Origin: Azolla caroliniana
Lineage: Eukaryota; Plantae; Polypodiophyta
Direction: 5' to 3'
Assembly: GCA_043228905.1 (NCBI GenBank)
Contig: JBHGNT010000013.1
Coordinates: 6,820,001 to 6,884,000 of the forward strand
Length of the DNA: 64,000 bases
The position numbers were made by a program, and so were the translations under genes. The notes under the pieces are model-generated. The model made no database searches, had not been told where the DNA came from, and worked only from the letters and a program-made list of their open reading frames with translations. The stretch's first letter is position 1. Each line of letters begins with the position of its first letter. Of the stretch, positions 1 through 14,900 are shown piece by piece.

Positions 1-1116
1 TCATGATACATATACAACTGGGCATTTTGGTAGTACTAAAACATTACATTTAGTACAACGATCATTCTGGTGGCCCTGTATGCGACAATTTGTCAAGGAT
101 TTTGTTCAGACTTGTGATACATGGTGCAGAGCGAAAATGCCAAGGCATCATCCATATGGTTTATTAGAACCATTACCAATTCCAAGCAAGCCGTGGCAAT
201 CCATTGCTCTAGACTTCATCACAAATCTTCCAGTCTCTCAAGGGGTTCAATGCGATTCTAACGGTGGTCGATCGATATACGAAGATCTCCAGTGAAGACA
301 CGGCCGAAATTGTCATGCGTGAAGTATGTCGGCATCATGGACTTCCCGATAGTATCATCAGCGACCGTGGACCCCAGTTCGTGTCAAAATTCTGGAAGCA
401 CCTTTTTAACATGCTCAAGGTCACTTGTAACCTCTCCTCCGGCTACCACCCCCAAACCGATGGCCAAGCCGAACGAACCAATCAAACGTTGGAGCAGTAT
501 CTACGGTGCTTTCTGAGCTATCATCAGGATGACTGGGTAGATATTCTCCACTTCGCCGAATTTGCCTATAACAACTCTATCCATGCATCCACCAAAGTTA
601 CGCCATTTTATGCTTATACGGGATGTCACCCCCGGTGGTGTGTACTTGAAACCCCAGAGGTGTCCACAAATCCTTGCGCAGAAGAGCGTTTGGAGAGGTT
701 ACGCAAGATACAAGCGGATGTATCTACTCACCTCCAACAAGCTCAACAAACACACAAGGTTTATGCGGATCGTCATCGACTCCCATCTAGTTTTAACATT
801 GGAGATCGGGTATGGCTACTCCGACGACACATCAAGACCACTCGCCCATGCGAGAAGTTGGATTATCGGCGATTAGGTCCTTTCTGTATTATAGGAAAGA
901 TTAATAATGTCGCTTTTCGTCTTGATCTACCTCCACAACTTCGGATACATCCGGTGTTTCATAGTTCTCTCCTCGAACCCTATCAAGAGAGCACCATCCC
1001 AGGACGTATTACACAACCTCCACCCCCGATCGAGCTTGAAGATGGACCTGAGTACGAGGTTGCCGCCATCCTTGATTCCAAGCTTGTTTGCAACAAGCTC
1101 TACTATCTAGTCGATT
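1..1116 (+). pseudogene. Tcn1-type Ty3/Gypsy integrase fragment, truncated inside the chromodomain
   Basis: ORFs 80-295 and 264-1154 give the HHCC end, the DDE core (SDRGPQF, HPQTDGQAER), the GPF motif and EYEVAAILDSK...YYLVD; frameshift near 240; homology stops at ~1116. Confidence 0.95.
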
Positions 1117-2616
1117 CATTATATTGTCCTAAATTCATGAATCCACAAAGTTAAATGTGTGAATAAGGAAATAATGTGATGTAACAATGCGGGAAGAAAT
1201 TGTTTAAATGATAGGCATAAGCAAATGGCAAATCCGAATGGAAGATACTTGCCTAACAAAATGGCCTTCCATCCCCATCAAGAGGAAAGAATTATTATTC
1301 ATTAGAAATGAATTATAAAAGAGCACATAATCACTGAACTTTTACCTATGATGTCGGTGTGCTCTTGTATGAAGACACTATTCTTTGATAAGTCACCACA
1401 AGCTATCAATGTCTCTATCTGCCACCAACATTGTTGTATTAAAGAAGGGATAGACACACATAAACCCAAACCATACATGTAACATGTTGTATTATACTAT
1501 AGTCTATTATGCATAGAAGTTGATGGAATCTGTGCTTCGATGAATCTAATAGGAAAAATTCCAAAATACTTGTTCCAAAAACTCAAGAGTGACAGTGACA
1601 ATTTAGTGAGATATCATGACTAGGAAATAGATGTAAAGAGTGACACAATTGTATGCATCACGAATCATACATGCATACAATACAATACAAACACACAATC
1701 ACACACACATGTACATACACAGATACATACATACATACAATACAACACAATACATACATACATGTATGTATATGTACGTATATATGCATATATAAGATAA
1801 TAGAATGAGATAATGGCCGCCTGTTGTCGAGAGTTGAGCTTTAGCTCTTCCCCATCCCTCCACTCTACCCCTCTCCATCTCACACAAAAGACATTCTCCA
1901 ATGCTGAGGCATTCCTCATCTCCCTCTTCTTTCTTCTCCAAATCGGGAGGCCTTTTCATGGTTGCTTATGATTGAATTAACCAGCCATTAAAAGGCCTAG
2001 ATTAAGCTCGATTTGATGTCTATTCCATGTCAATATGAATCATGATCAAGGATTGAAAATGTATCTATTGTATATAGTCTATTTATGATCAAAATTGTTT
2101 GCAATTTTTTTGAAATTCTGGTCAAATTAGCCCAAAAATAAAACTCTGTTTTATGCTCTCTATGTGTGTAAGATCAATTAACACTCAAATTGAAAGCTCG
2201 AGTTTATTGTGTTCTGTGATTGTGTGATAGTATTAGGCCTAAACAAGAAAAAACACCTTAATAGAATTTATGCTCGCTAAGAGTTAATCATGTATAATAA
2301 TATAATATAATCAAGATGCAATATACCTGCGTAAAAACCTAGGTTGTTGGAAGCTTCAGAGTTTGGATTTCATGTAGACAACTTCCATATCCTACATAAA
2401 AACCTAGTATTTGCAAAATGTAGAAACTCGTTACAAAAACCCCCAATTATTTTCTTTTTCTCTAGTAAAAAATACCCTAGAAAATTAATTTTTAAATTAT
2501 TTACAAATTTAGCCTTAGAAAAAATGACAGTTCCAAAAGGTTGAATACGTTTAGAATACGTGTGGGTATTCTAAAACGTACTCTATCTATAAAATACGCG
2601 TTTTTTAACAACAATG
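1117..2616 (-). mobile_element. hAT transposon 5' non-coding arm with terminal inverted repeat (copy 0)
   Basis: Colinear with 53098-55012; ends in ...ttttttaacaacaatg like the complete copy; ATACG subterminal motifs; CA/CATA microsatellite at ~1666-1792. Confidence 0.9.
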
Positions 2617-2704
2617 TCGAAAATCTTCGCGACATCCACCCCCACCAAACCGCACGTGCTCCGGTACATGCCAAGAAGTGAGTGTGAGATTTCGGCTATG
2701 GTAA

Positions 2705-4700
2705 TTAATCAATTTCCTCCACGTCCTCATTGACCTCGCTTACGTTTGTGGGTCCCGCCGTACTATCTTCATTGTCGAGGTCATCGAGGTTAGGACCCTC
2801 ATCTTTTCTTTTCTTGAATATCTTCACTCTTTTCCCCGCAATGGGTATGGCAAGCCTTGATCCGTCTAGCTCTGCGAGGTGGTAGATGATGTTGTCGTTG
2901 GCACTCATCACCACATATGGTCTTGAACCACCTTCTTGTGAACTTCTTTGCCATCCCATGTGGGTTCTCAAGGTTGTTGTCATAGACCAATACCCAATCT
3001 CCTTCTTCGATCTTCTTAGGACGCAACCGGTGTGTCTTATCGAACCGAATATTATTCTTCACTCGGGTTGTCTCCATTATCTTTCGCGCGTTCTCTAGAT
3101 CTTCGGGTCTTCTTTCGAGTTGCCTTATACGTGCCGCCAATAATTCTTCTCGGCTTATCTCGTTCTCCCATGGTATTGCTACCCATGACGCGATCGTCCT
3201 CTCGATGGGCAGTACTGGTTTTTGTCCATACATGAGCTCTGTTGGCATATAGCCCGTCACAGAACTGTGCGTAGTTCTATCGGCCCACAATTGCCAACTC
3301 GACCATCACATGCTCGTATGATGATTGACTATCGGCCCATGCCCTCGCTCGATCTTCCCATTTGCTTCCGGATTAGAGGCAGTTGTGAGGGAGAGCTTTA
3401 CGCCTAGTCGCTCGAACAACTCCATTGCTTCATACGCATCTAACTCCCCTCGGTTGGCCACTATCTTTCCCACACATCCATATTGGCAGACGACCTCTTT
3501 GAGCAAAAATTTGCATACGGCTGTCGTCGTCTTATTTGCTAAGGCTCGTCCTTCTACCTAGTTTGTTAGGTCTTCCCTCGCTAGTACCAAGTACTTCATT
3601 TTCCCCACTCCCATTGGCATCGAGACCAGATCCACCATCCATTTAAAGTGTATGGTGAGTGGGTATGTTGGCCGCAACTCATCACGGTGACGCATGTTCA
3701 AATGTACTTGGCAGCTTTCGCATGTGGACACGAAACTTAGTACATCTTTATACATGCTCGGCCACTAGTACTTCACCTTTAACTTTTCCAATGTTGCCGA
3801 TGTTCCTCTATGACCTGCCATGGACTCTCGTGGAATCCAAACATCAACGTTGTTTGGTCCTGTTTCTTCACTACTACTCGTCGTGGTATCCCTGTCCTTC
3901 TCTTTGGGTGTCGCCAAAGGAATCCTCCCTTTCAGAAAGTACTAGTAAGTTTTCTTCCGTATTTGTAGATCCTCCTCCTTTGTCCATGAAGCGTCCGCCA
4001 TCATTGTTCTCAAAAATCTATCGATTAGTAACCACTCCCCTTCATACTCGTTCTCGTTGAAAGCGTGGAGGGTTGTGTGGCTCTGTCTTCTGCCGACAAT
4101 CGGGTTTCCTTGAAGTAGTTGAGGGTGACATCTTCATCTTCCGAAACCATGTCACCTTGATATCTTCATCCTCGAATCTTGCTTTTGACAGCATGTCAGC
4201 CATCGCTTTGTTCTTCCCAGCAATGTGGCGGATCTCTGGGTTCAAAGACTTGATATAAGCGATCCACCTCAGCATAGTCAGATCTAATGTCGCATATCCA
4301 GAGATCATCCCAACAATTGGGAGGCAATCCGTTTCAATTACCACCTCCGACCCGATCAGGTAGTCCTTGTCTACCTTCACCGCAGGCACAATACCCTAGA
4401 GTTCCCGCTTTACTTGGGCATATCCTCGTTGTCGTTCGCTAAGGACCTTTGCTCCGAACCGGATGGCTTACCACGTGCTATCTTCTCCTTCTTGGTTGAT
4501 GACCCATCCAATTCCCATTGGACTCGTATCTATGATGACGTAGATGGGCATCCCTTCTTTGTAAACAACTTTCCTTAAAGTTGGTGCGGCCACCAGTAGC
4601 TCTTTTAACCTCTTCATCACCTCTGTGTGTACCGGTTCCCATTTGAAATTTCTCCCTTGTTTTCATTAAGCTATACAAGGGTTCAGCCACATGAGCATAG
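2705..4700 (-). pseudogene. Gypsy RNase H-integrase remnant
   Basis: ORFs 4042-4389 (VIETDCLP...RWIAYIK), 3558-3755 (TCESCQ), 3306-3506, 2799-3290, 2705-2983; no chromodomain visible. Confidence 0.9.
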
Positions 4701-5774
4701 TGCCGTTAGAACGATATTCCTCGTAAGGAATAGTCTTGGGAGTTAGTGTAGAAGGCTCATTTATGAGCGGTGAAGTACTATCAGTATTGTGTCAGCTCGA
4801 TAGTCAGGGCTTGTATAAAAGGTGCTCACTGAGCACAAAATATGTATAGAGAATATATAGAGAATTATTTTTTAATATAGTTTTGTATTTTTCTCTATGA
4901 TTTCTACGTTTTATCGAATTGTTGTACTTCCAAACCGTGTACTTTGTGCTCTTACGCATACGCTTCCGCACACATATTCTTTTACATGGTATCAGAGGAC
5001 GAGGGTTGAGACTCCTCTGCAGCCGATAGAAAAGCCTGCAATAAAGACAAAGTTAAGTTGTTGTTTTCGGAAAGGATAAGGCAACAATATGGACAGAGGA
5101 ATGGGAAGCTCGCTACCGATTGAGAAGCTCGACAAGAGCAACTATGCACTTGGTCGTACAAGATGTACCAATATTTGCTTCGTCATGGTTACTGGAGTTA
5201 TGTCGAAGGAGATAATGATGCAGCACCCGAATCAACACACAAAGACTTTCTGGCTTGGGAACAAGCGGCAAGCAGAGTCCTTTACTGCTTTGCGTCCTGT
5301 GTGAGCGACTAGCTCTTGAGCTACATTCGGGATGCTAAGACGCCAAAGGATGTGTGGGTGAATCTCAAGAGGATTTTCTCCGCTAGCACAACAACCAAGA
5401 AGTTGCAGCTCAGATAGGAGCTCAACAATGTTTGGCAGAAAGATCGGTCTATGGCGAACTACATAGCCTGAATCAATGAGATCTGCAATTCCCTTGCCTC
5501 CGTCAAAGTGAACGTCGAGGAGGACGAAATAGTGCAGGTTTGTCTTGGAGGTTTAGCGTCAAAGTTCAAAGCATTCTGAACTACGGTCCACACAAGGGAG
5601 ATTACTCCTTCGTTCTTCGAGCTTCAGTCAATGTTGCTCGTGGAGGAAAATCACGCGAGTGCGTCAACGAGTACGCACACCGACAACAAGATGTTGTTCA
5701 CGGAGGAAGATAGGCCCCATAGTCGTGGTGGATGAGACGGATCGGTGCACAATGGAGGTGGCCGAAAAGAGCAG

Positions 5775-6324
5775 TGTTGGGAAATCGGTCCTTCCGGATG
5801 GGATCCGGTTATAGATGAAGAGGACCTGGTGAGAACTGGAAGAGATCCGGAAACCAGATGGGATGGACCCGGTGAGAATTGGAAGAGATCCGGAAACTGA
5901 ATCGGATGAACCCCGTGAAAATCAGAAGAGAAGACATATCTGTAAATATGTTTTGAATAAGCCTATTGAGGCTATATTTGTAAATAGCCCTAAGTTCATA
6001 TAAGTATAAATATGACTTAGGGCAATCACTTTAGATGTGTTGTGATATATTGTTGCATAGAGCGAGAGGAGATACAGAGTGATAGTCTGTTGTAACCACC
6101 GGCTTGCGAAGATACAGAACTCGAGGTTGTTGCCTCCGAGTCTCTGATTGTATCTTTCTTATATAGTGATAGCTTGGAGTCTGTGGGCACTTGTGGTTTT
6201 TCCCATTAGGGTTTTCCACGTAAACATTCTATGTATTCTCTACTTCCCATTTCTATGTTTCATTCTCATTGAAGTGATCCAAGACTCGGTTGTGGTTGAG
6301 CAATATTCCGCGTTGTTCTCTTCA
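5775..6324 (+). mobile_element. Solo LTR inserted in Copia A gag
   Basis: TG...CA ends; TSD AGCAG at 5770-5774 and 6325-6329; TATA near 6005; homologous to 46359-47128 in reverse orientation. Confidence 0.88.
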
Positions 6325-9300
6325 AGCAGAACATACGACATAATCGAAATGTCAGAAGCAGAGGGAGCCACAGTGGCGCCGGAAGTTGGCAAGAGAAGGC
6401 CGCGACAGAATGTTGGTACTATGGCAAGAAAGGCCACCGGGAGAATGAGTGCTGGAAGAAGAGAGACGATTCGGACAAATCCAAATCAAGCGGAAGAGAC
6501 GCAGGAAGGCGTCAAAAATCGCACTACGCCAAAGGCTCCGAATGAGCCGTAAATGGATCGGGCCCAGCCTTCGTAATGAAGCACAACGCCAATTCGATGG
6601 TATGTTGATTCTGGAGTGTCAAATCATATAACGATTCATGAGGAATGGTTCTCGTACTTGGAGAAACCGGAAAAACAAGTAGTGGTCGAAACGGGAGACG
6701 ATACTCCGCATACCATCGAACATGTCGGAGAAGTTCCTCTCAACCACATCAGGCAGAAAGGGAAACTTATGAACGTGTTGCACATCCCGAAAATAACCAA
6801 GAACCTAGTGTCGGTCGGTCAAATCGTCGACCAGGGCATGCAAGTTCGATTCGCGCACCTCGGGTGCTACATCGAAGAGGAATGCCAAGTTATTGCGCAA
6901 GGGCGCCGTGAAGGGAGGATGTTCATCCTCAATACCAATCAAGCCGGAACCGCGTTGTTCGCTAGAGGACAGAAGGTCGAGTTGGACATCGACCTATGGC
7001 ACAAGAGGTTCGACCATGTTAACTTCCCACGGCTTTGTGAAATGCAGATGACTTGAACATTATTTTCAGTTTGCCGAAATTTCGAGGCCGTAATGGCTAA
7101 GTCAGCGAAGCCTACCAACTCGGGAAGCAACACCGACTTCCATTCCCCAATGAGCATAACCGTAGTAAAAATTTATTGGATTTGAACCATTCGGATGTGT
7201 GTGAACCAACACAGAACGTGAGTCTCCATGGAAGCCGTTACTTCGTAACTGTAAAAACAAATAGCGTGCAGAAGCAATAGAGATCAGAGAATAGAGAACA
7301 GAGAACGGGTTTAATGGAGAACTTAACAGTATGTTGGAGAGACAGAGAGACAGAGAGAGAGAACAAGAATCTCTATTAAAAAATTATATCAACGCTTTGT
7401 ACATTGTAAGTGTTCAGCAAACACTTTTATACAAGTCCATACGGACTGACAGAAGTACGGTGTACTTCAATGCTCACTCGAGCGTCTGACACTAACTACG
7501 AGAGTATTAACTCCCTAGTAGTCTAGTTGCTACTAGGCTTCTGGTTACTAATGGATCCGGCTAACCGGCTCCCTAGCTCACCGGCTCTTTTGCTCACCAA
7601 CTCACCGATCCGTCTCGCTCACCGGCCCAGGCTTATTCAGCCGATCCGGCTCCAATTGAGCTTGCCGCTCAACATCCCCCCTCAAGCTCAAGTTGAGGCC
7701 CGGTCGTAGTGTCAACATCTGTAGCAACCGACCCTTTTGCCCGGCTCCTTCTGGCGTCACTCCGCCTTGCTCGCGCTCCTCATCCAGTCTGGTTCTGTGT
7801 GCCGCGACCCCTCTTGTTCTGCGCACCTCGACCTCCTCGGTCGGCTTGTCGGCTCAACAGGCCCAATTCAGCTCCCTCGCTGTTGTGACTTCGGCGCGTG
7901 CCGGTTCGCTGATTCCTTCGTGTTGGCATCGACTTTCGTTGCCTTCTCGTCCTCTTGGCCTTGAGTTGATCCGGTTCTTCTGAATCTGTCTGTTGAACTG
8001 AATCAATTGTCTCCGATTCGTTCCAGCTCTTGTCCGAATCAGTTGCTCCTGATTCGTCTTCTGGTTCTAGGCCCTCCACCACATCGGACCATGTCCGGGT
8101 CTTACCCTTCTTCTTCCGGTCGGCTCTGTCCTTCTTGACTCTACCACCGCTGCCGCTTGTTCCGACTTGTTCGGATGTGTCGACTTCCTTTGTCGACTCG
8201 TCTCCTTTCTTCTTCTTGACTCTCCCTTCATCGGTTTTTCCCTCACTGGCGCAATCAGCAGTCTCTTTGCCTTTGCCCGTTCCGGTGTCTTTGCCTGTTT
8301 TCCCCCTCAAGTGTGGCACGTTGAGATGCTGAACACCAAGCATTTCGGTGAAATGCTGCAACTTGTCCAATCCGAGTGGTTTGGTGAAGATGTCGGCAAC
8401 TTGCCGATCCGTAGGAACATACCGAAGTTCGACCTCATCGCTCAGGACACGCTCACGCACGAAGTGATAGTGCACTTCGATGTGCTTTGTGCGAGCATGG
8501 AATACGGGGTTCTTGGCGAGCTGCATGTTGCTTATGTTGTCGCAGTAGATCAGAATCGGGATCGGTACCTCGATCCGTAGGTTTTGCAGTAGTCGCTGAA
8601 GCCAAATGGCTTCACAGGTGGCAATGGTAGCGTCCCAATACTCAACCTCAGTGCTTGATAGAGCAATTGTTGGCGGCTCTTTGCTGCTCCACGCAACAGC
8701 CGCGCTACCTAGGGAAAACATATAACCGGAGGTTGATTGGCGATCTAATGCATCGCTGGCCCAGTCGGCATCTGTGTAACTGACCAGCTCTTCAGTTATA
8801 CCACGCCGGTATATCTGTCCCCGGTCCTTTGTGCCGCTCACATACCGCAGTATTCTGTATGTGCATTGAAGATACTCTACGGTCGGCTTCTACATGAATC
8901 GGCTTCTACGGATAGCTGATGTCGGGTCGGGTCATGGTCAAATATATAAGGCTTCCGACAATTTGTCGGAACCGTTTGTCATCGCAGGCCGGTCCGGAGT
9001 CGAGACGGAGCTTCTAGTTCCGGTCCAGGGGAGTAGAGATAGGTTGGCATTTCGTCATGCCGAACTTGTACAACATATTCAACACGTAGTTCCTTTGTGA
9101 GAGCAATATGCCGTCGGGGGTTCGGATCACCTCGATCCCAAGGAAATAGTGAAGGTCCCCCAGGTTCTTCATCTCAAACACATCCGACAACTTGATTTCA
9201 TCGAGTCCGGGTCCGATGATGACCAGATCATCAACGTACAACAAGATGCAAACCGGACAGTCCGGACCTTGCCGGATGAACAACGAAGAGTCGGACTTGG

Positions 9301-11339
9301 AGGCCGCAAACCCCATCTTACGCAACCGGTGCATGATCTTCGCATTCCAACCTTGGGGGGCTTGCTTCAGGCCATAAAGTGACTTCTTCAGCCGGCATAC
9401 CGCCGACTTGTTCATCTCCATCTGGAAACCGGGGGGTTGTATCATAAAGACCTCTTCTTCAAGATCTCCTTGAAGAAATGCATTCTTCACATCCATCTCA
9501 TGAAGATGCCACCCCCTTGCCGCTGCAACCGCCCGCACGACATGAACTGTCGTCATCTTCGCTATCGGAACGAAGGTCTCGTCGTAGTCGATTCCGTGGG
9601 TCTGTGCATATCCCTTCGCCACTAACCGAGCCTTGTACTGGTTAACTAAACCGTCGGCATTGTACTTTACCTTGTACACCCACTTACATCCGATCGGTTT
9701 ATTGTGACGGGGATGGTCAACCAGGTCCCATGTATCGTTGGCATCAAGTGCCTGCATCTCTTCTTCCATAGCAGCACTCCAATGTGCATCCTTTGCCGCT
9801 TCTGCGTAGCTCTCCGACTCATGCACTTCCGCCACCTTGGTCCTGTACGCATAGTGATGCGCCATGTACACATTGTACTCGTACTGCTTAACAGGTTCCT
9901 TCTGGTGGGTTGACTGGCGTAACCCACCGTTACCTGGTTTGAGGCCCTTCTTGGCCGGTTCGGTCTTCGATGCCGAAGATCCGTCATTTTCCTTTCCGGA
10001 GTCGGATCCGCTCTAATCCGACTCATCATTACTGGTTTCATTATCCGGCATCTTCTTCTTCCCCTTCTCTTTGCGCGTGAACCGTCTCCTCGGTTCCTTG
10101 CGCGGGGAGAGCACGACAGAGTCTTCACTACTTGCTGATTCTTCTTCTGACTGGTTGGATTGACCTAGTCTCTCGTTCGGCCCACTCAACCGAAACGATT
10201 CCGGACTCTCTTCTTGAGTCTCGGATTCATCATCTTCTAACTGGACTAGTTTAGGCTCACTAGCCTCATCCTTCGGTATCGGGTGTCAAAAGTCAGAGCT
10301 GGTAAGGCATACCATGATGCCATCTCATCAAACTCAACATCGCGGCTCACTCGGACCTGCTTCGTCCGGGGGTTATAACACTTATACCCCTTTTGCTCAT
10401 GTGAGTAGCCGACGAGGATGCACTTCTCTGATTTTGCATCCAGCTTCCTCTACTTCTCATCCGGCACATGCACATATGATATGCTGCCGAAAATCCGAAG
10501 CTGCCTCAAATTCGTCTTGTGCCCGAAATACAGCTCATGTGCGGACACCTTGTCACCGATCCGGTTTTGGATGTAGACGGCCGTCCGAACTGCCTCCGCC
10601 CAGTAGAAATGGGGCATGCTCTTCTCTTCCAGCATCGCCCTTGCCGCGTCGACAAGCGACCAATTCTTCCTTTTGGCCACACCGTTTTGCTCCGGTGTGT
10701 ATCTGCAACTGAACTCTCTCCGGATTCCTGTTTGCGGCAGATAACTATTGAATTGACCGGAAAAATATTCTTTTCCGCCATCTGACTGCAGGCACTTGAT
10801 CTTCCTCTCCGATTCCCGTTCCACCATGCTCTAGAGGTTCCGGAAACAATCGAAGACTTCGCTCTTCTGCTCAATGAGGTAGATCCATGTGTGCCGGCTA
10901 TAGTCGTCGATGAAGGAGACGAAGTATCGACTCCTGCCAAGAATCATGTTCTGTGCCGATCCCCATACATCCGAATGAATAAGGTCGAGCTTTTTACGGC
11001 TACGGTTATGGTCGGTGGGGAATGGAAGCTAGTGTTGCTTCCCGAGTTGGCAAGCTTCACATACTTGGGCCTTCCGGCCACTGAACTTCGGCAAACCGAA
11101 AACAACTTGTTTCGTTTGCAAGTCTCGAAGCCGCCGGTAATTGACGTGGCTGATACGCTTGTGGCACAGGTCGATGTCTGATTCGACCTTCTGTCCTTTG
11201 GCGAACAAGGTGGTGTCGACATCATTGGTGTCGAGGATGAAAATCCTCCCATCTCTTTGCCCTTGCGCGATAATCTGGCCCTCCACCTCGATGAAGTGTT
11301 GAGAAGCAAGCTCAACATGGTATGTGATGCTTATTGGGA

Positions 11340-11545
11340 AATAAGCTATAGTAGCTATTTAGCTACTTGTGAACATAAAGGAGAAACAACTAATTAGCTA
11401 CTGACAGCTAATTAGCTATTGACAGCTATTTAGCGACTGACAACTAATTAGCTATTGACAGCTATTTAGCGACTGACAGCTAATTAGCTACTAACAGCTA
11501 TTTAGCGACTGACAGCTAATTAGCTACAGGTAGCTAATTAGCTGC
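11340..11545. repeat. TAGCTA-based ~18-bp tandem repeat in the Copia C LTR U3 (also 16400-16572)
   Basis: Repeated ctgacagctaattagcta / ttgacagctatttagcga units; the 5' LTR is 36 bp longer than the 3' LTR. Confidence 0.9.
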
Positions 11546-11980
11546 ATACGTAAGTAACTTATTACTTAGGTAAAAAGTAAGAGAGTAGGTAAGTAAGAAA
11601 ATATACAGGATGTAGAACTCTGAGAGAGAGAGAGTGAGGATAGAGAGAAAGAACTCAGAGAGTGAGAGCAGAAGAGAGAAACAGACGAGAGCAAGTAGAG
11701 CTCCGCGTGTAATGAAATAGAAGAAGTTTTGGCTGCTACAGAGGTAAGTCTCCTTCCCCCTTCCCTTCTGTGTTTGAGCACCAAACGATCTAGCACACCA
11801 CGATCCGCCGTGCACATAAGAAGAGCCCAAGTGCCTTCTTCACTTTTCTTAACATGGTATCAGAGCAAGTTGCTCATAAAGAAGAGTACAAAAGTGCATA
11901 GAACTGAGAAAGGTATTTCTCTGGTTGCTGATCTGAATCAGAAAGTTACTTGTTGAAGTAATTGTAACAGAAACCCTAGT

Positions 11981-14900
11981 TTGGAAGAGATAATGGTTGC
12001 AGAGAATGCGGGCCAAATAGTTACAGAGAAACTAGATAAAAACAATTTCCCGGCGTGGAAATTTAGAATGACAAATTTCCTGATGGGGAAAGGATACTGG
12101 GATTACATTGAAGGAGACCTAGAAGAGGCTCCGGAGATCCCAGAAGAAAATGCCACAGCAGCACAGATTAAAGCATTCAAAGATTGGAATCAAGGGGCAA
12201 GGAAGGTAATGCATTGGCTCTCGCTTAGCATCTCAGATTCGATGCTTGGGCACATACAAGATGCTATGCTCCCAAAAGAAGCTTGGGACAGTTTGGTAAA
12301 ACTGTTGGCAGTAAACACAAAAGCTAGAAAGCTACAGTTGAAGACTGAGCTAAATACCTTAGAAAAAGGTAAGATGTGAATAAATGAGTATGCTTTGAAA
12401 ATAAAGAGCATATGTGAATCACTTGCTTCAATCAATGTAAAGATAGAAGATGATGATAAGGTAGAAATATGCTTGAGAGGCTTAGGACCTCAATACAAAA
12501 GCTTTAAAACCTCTATGCTTACAAGGGATAGTATCCCAAGTTTTCCAGATCTGGTTTCAATGCTTGTAGTAGAAGAAAGGAATCAGATGGATGATGTAAA
12601 TAAAGGAAATCTTGATAATGAGGGGCAAGCCCTATATAATAGTGCTGGAAGAGGCCGAGGAAGAGGCCATGGAAGATTTGGCTCAGCAAGAACCAACAAT
12701 AATGGTTATCAAGGAAGAGGACAACAAACCATTAGAGGAAGAAACAACAACAGAGGCAGGGGGAGCAACCAAGGTAGAGGTAAGCAAACATATGTAAATG
12801 ATGATGGTTGTTGGTATTGTGGAGAACCAGGCCACACACAGGCTGAATGTTACAAGAAGCAAAATGATGAGAAAAGAGGAAAGAGATAGCAGAATAACTA
12901 TGCCCAAACTAGTGAAGATTGTGAAAAAGATGGTGCATTTGTGGTACAACATGAGATAGCAGCAGTGGCTGAAAGCTCACAGAAATGTAATGAAGAGTTT
13001 ACATGGTATGTAGACTCGGGGGCATCTAACCATATGACTGGACATGCAAACTGGTTTGAAAGGTTGAGAGAACCAGGGATTCCTGGCTATGTACAGACGG
13101 GTGATAATAGTACTCACCAAATAGAACATGTTGGAGATATCCCATTGTGGGAAGAAAAAGGAAAGACTAAGTATATGTTGAATGTAATGCATGTTCCAAA
13201 TCTTGCTAAGAATCTGATTTCTGTTGGACAGATAGTAGAGCAAGGTATGCAAGTAAAGTTTAAGCAAAGTGGATGCTATATAGAAAAGAATGGGAAGCTC
13301 ATTGCAAAAGGAAAACGACAAGGAAGAATGTTTATTTTGGATGTTGACATGCCTAGATAGATTTCAGCTATGTTTGCAAATGGAATGAGTGTAGTCTCAG
13401 ATGTGGAAATGTGGCATAAAAGGATTGGCCACATAAGTATGCAAACCCTAAAGAATATGTTGAGAAAAGATGCAGTGGTTGGACTGCCAAAATTGAAAAA
13501 TTGTGAAATGGGAAAGATATGTGAAGCATGTCAATATGGAAAGTAAAATAGGTTGTCATTCCCTCATGAAAGACATGTAAGTAAAAATTTGTTGGATTTG
13601 GTACATACGGATGTATGGGGACCAACTAAGAATGCATCTATCGGTGGCTGCAGATTTTATGTAACTTTTATTGATGATTGCTCAAGGAAAACATGGGTGT
13701 ATTTCATGAAAGAGAAAAGTGAAGTGTTTGAATGTTTTCGTAAGTTTAAATGCATGGTAGAAAAGCAGGCAGGTACAAGAATAAAATGTTTAAGATCTGA
13801 TGGAGGAGGAGAGTATTTCTCCAATGAATTTTCTGATTTTCTATGCAATCAGGGAATAAGAAGACAGTTCACATGTAGATATACTCCACAACAAAAAAGA
13901 GTTGCTGAGAGGAAAAACAGAACATTGGTGAACATTGCAAGGGCTTTGATGACAGAGAAGAATATGCCGTTGTACTATTGGGTAGAAGCTGTAAATACAG
14001 CAAATTATATTCTAAATAGATGTATAACATCGGGAGTACATGAAGCAACTCCTGAAGAGTGTTTCTATGGAAGGAAACCTAGTTTAGAACACTTAAAAGT
14101 GTTTGGATGCCTTGCACATGTACATGTGCCTGCAAAAGTAAGAAGTAAGTTGGATCCAAAAGCAGAAAAATGTATTTTTGTTGGCTATTCAGAAGAACAA
14201 AAAGGGTATAGATGCTATAACCCTGTAACAAAGAAGATTGTGACAAGTAGGGATGTAATCTTTGATGAGTTAGCCAGCTGGTACAATCCAAAACAGAATC
14301 CAGAGACTGATGAAGACAATGAGATTGAAGACAGAGACAAATCTGAAAATGTAGAAGACTGCCACAGAGATGGAAGCAAGGTTGGATAGCAAAGTCCAAC
14401 ATCAACAGAATGTTCTGGACCATCAAAAAGCTCAGATGGTAAATCTGATTCGAATTCTTGGAGTGGAAAATGTGGAGGACACAAAAAATATGATAATAAA
14501 AAAGGAAAACAGAAAATGTCAGAGTATGAAATGTTGGATGACTTGTCTAAAAACATGGAAGATGAGGATTCAGATGTGTCATTGGATGATCTTCTTGGTA
14601 TAAGAGGATTGAAAATCCCTGGTATGGAAAATGCATTGAAGGATGCAAATCATAAACTGAGAAGATCAGATAGAGAAAAAAAAACTGTTGAAAGATTTGG
14701 TTATGATACATATATGGCTATGCATTATGCATATATGTCTAAGGTGGTACAAATCCCTGATCCAAGTAGTTTTGATGAGGCTAAAACTAAGAAGAAATGG
14801 GTGGATGCAATGCAAGAAGAGATTGATGCATTGGCTGAAAACAGAACATGGGATTTGGTGAAGTTACCAAAAGAAAAAATGTGGTGGGTTGCAAATGGGT

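Noticed and set aside
7675-8330. env-like gene in the Copia tail
   Set aside because: Hydrophilic, in frame with RNase H, no transmembrane segment
11534-11956. Short ORFs in LTRs and antisense to pol genes throughout the window
   Set aside because: Shadow or low-complexity ORFs with no recognisable domain
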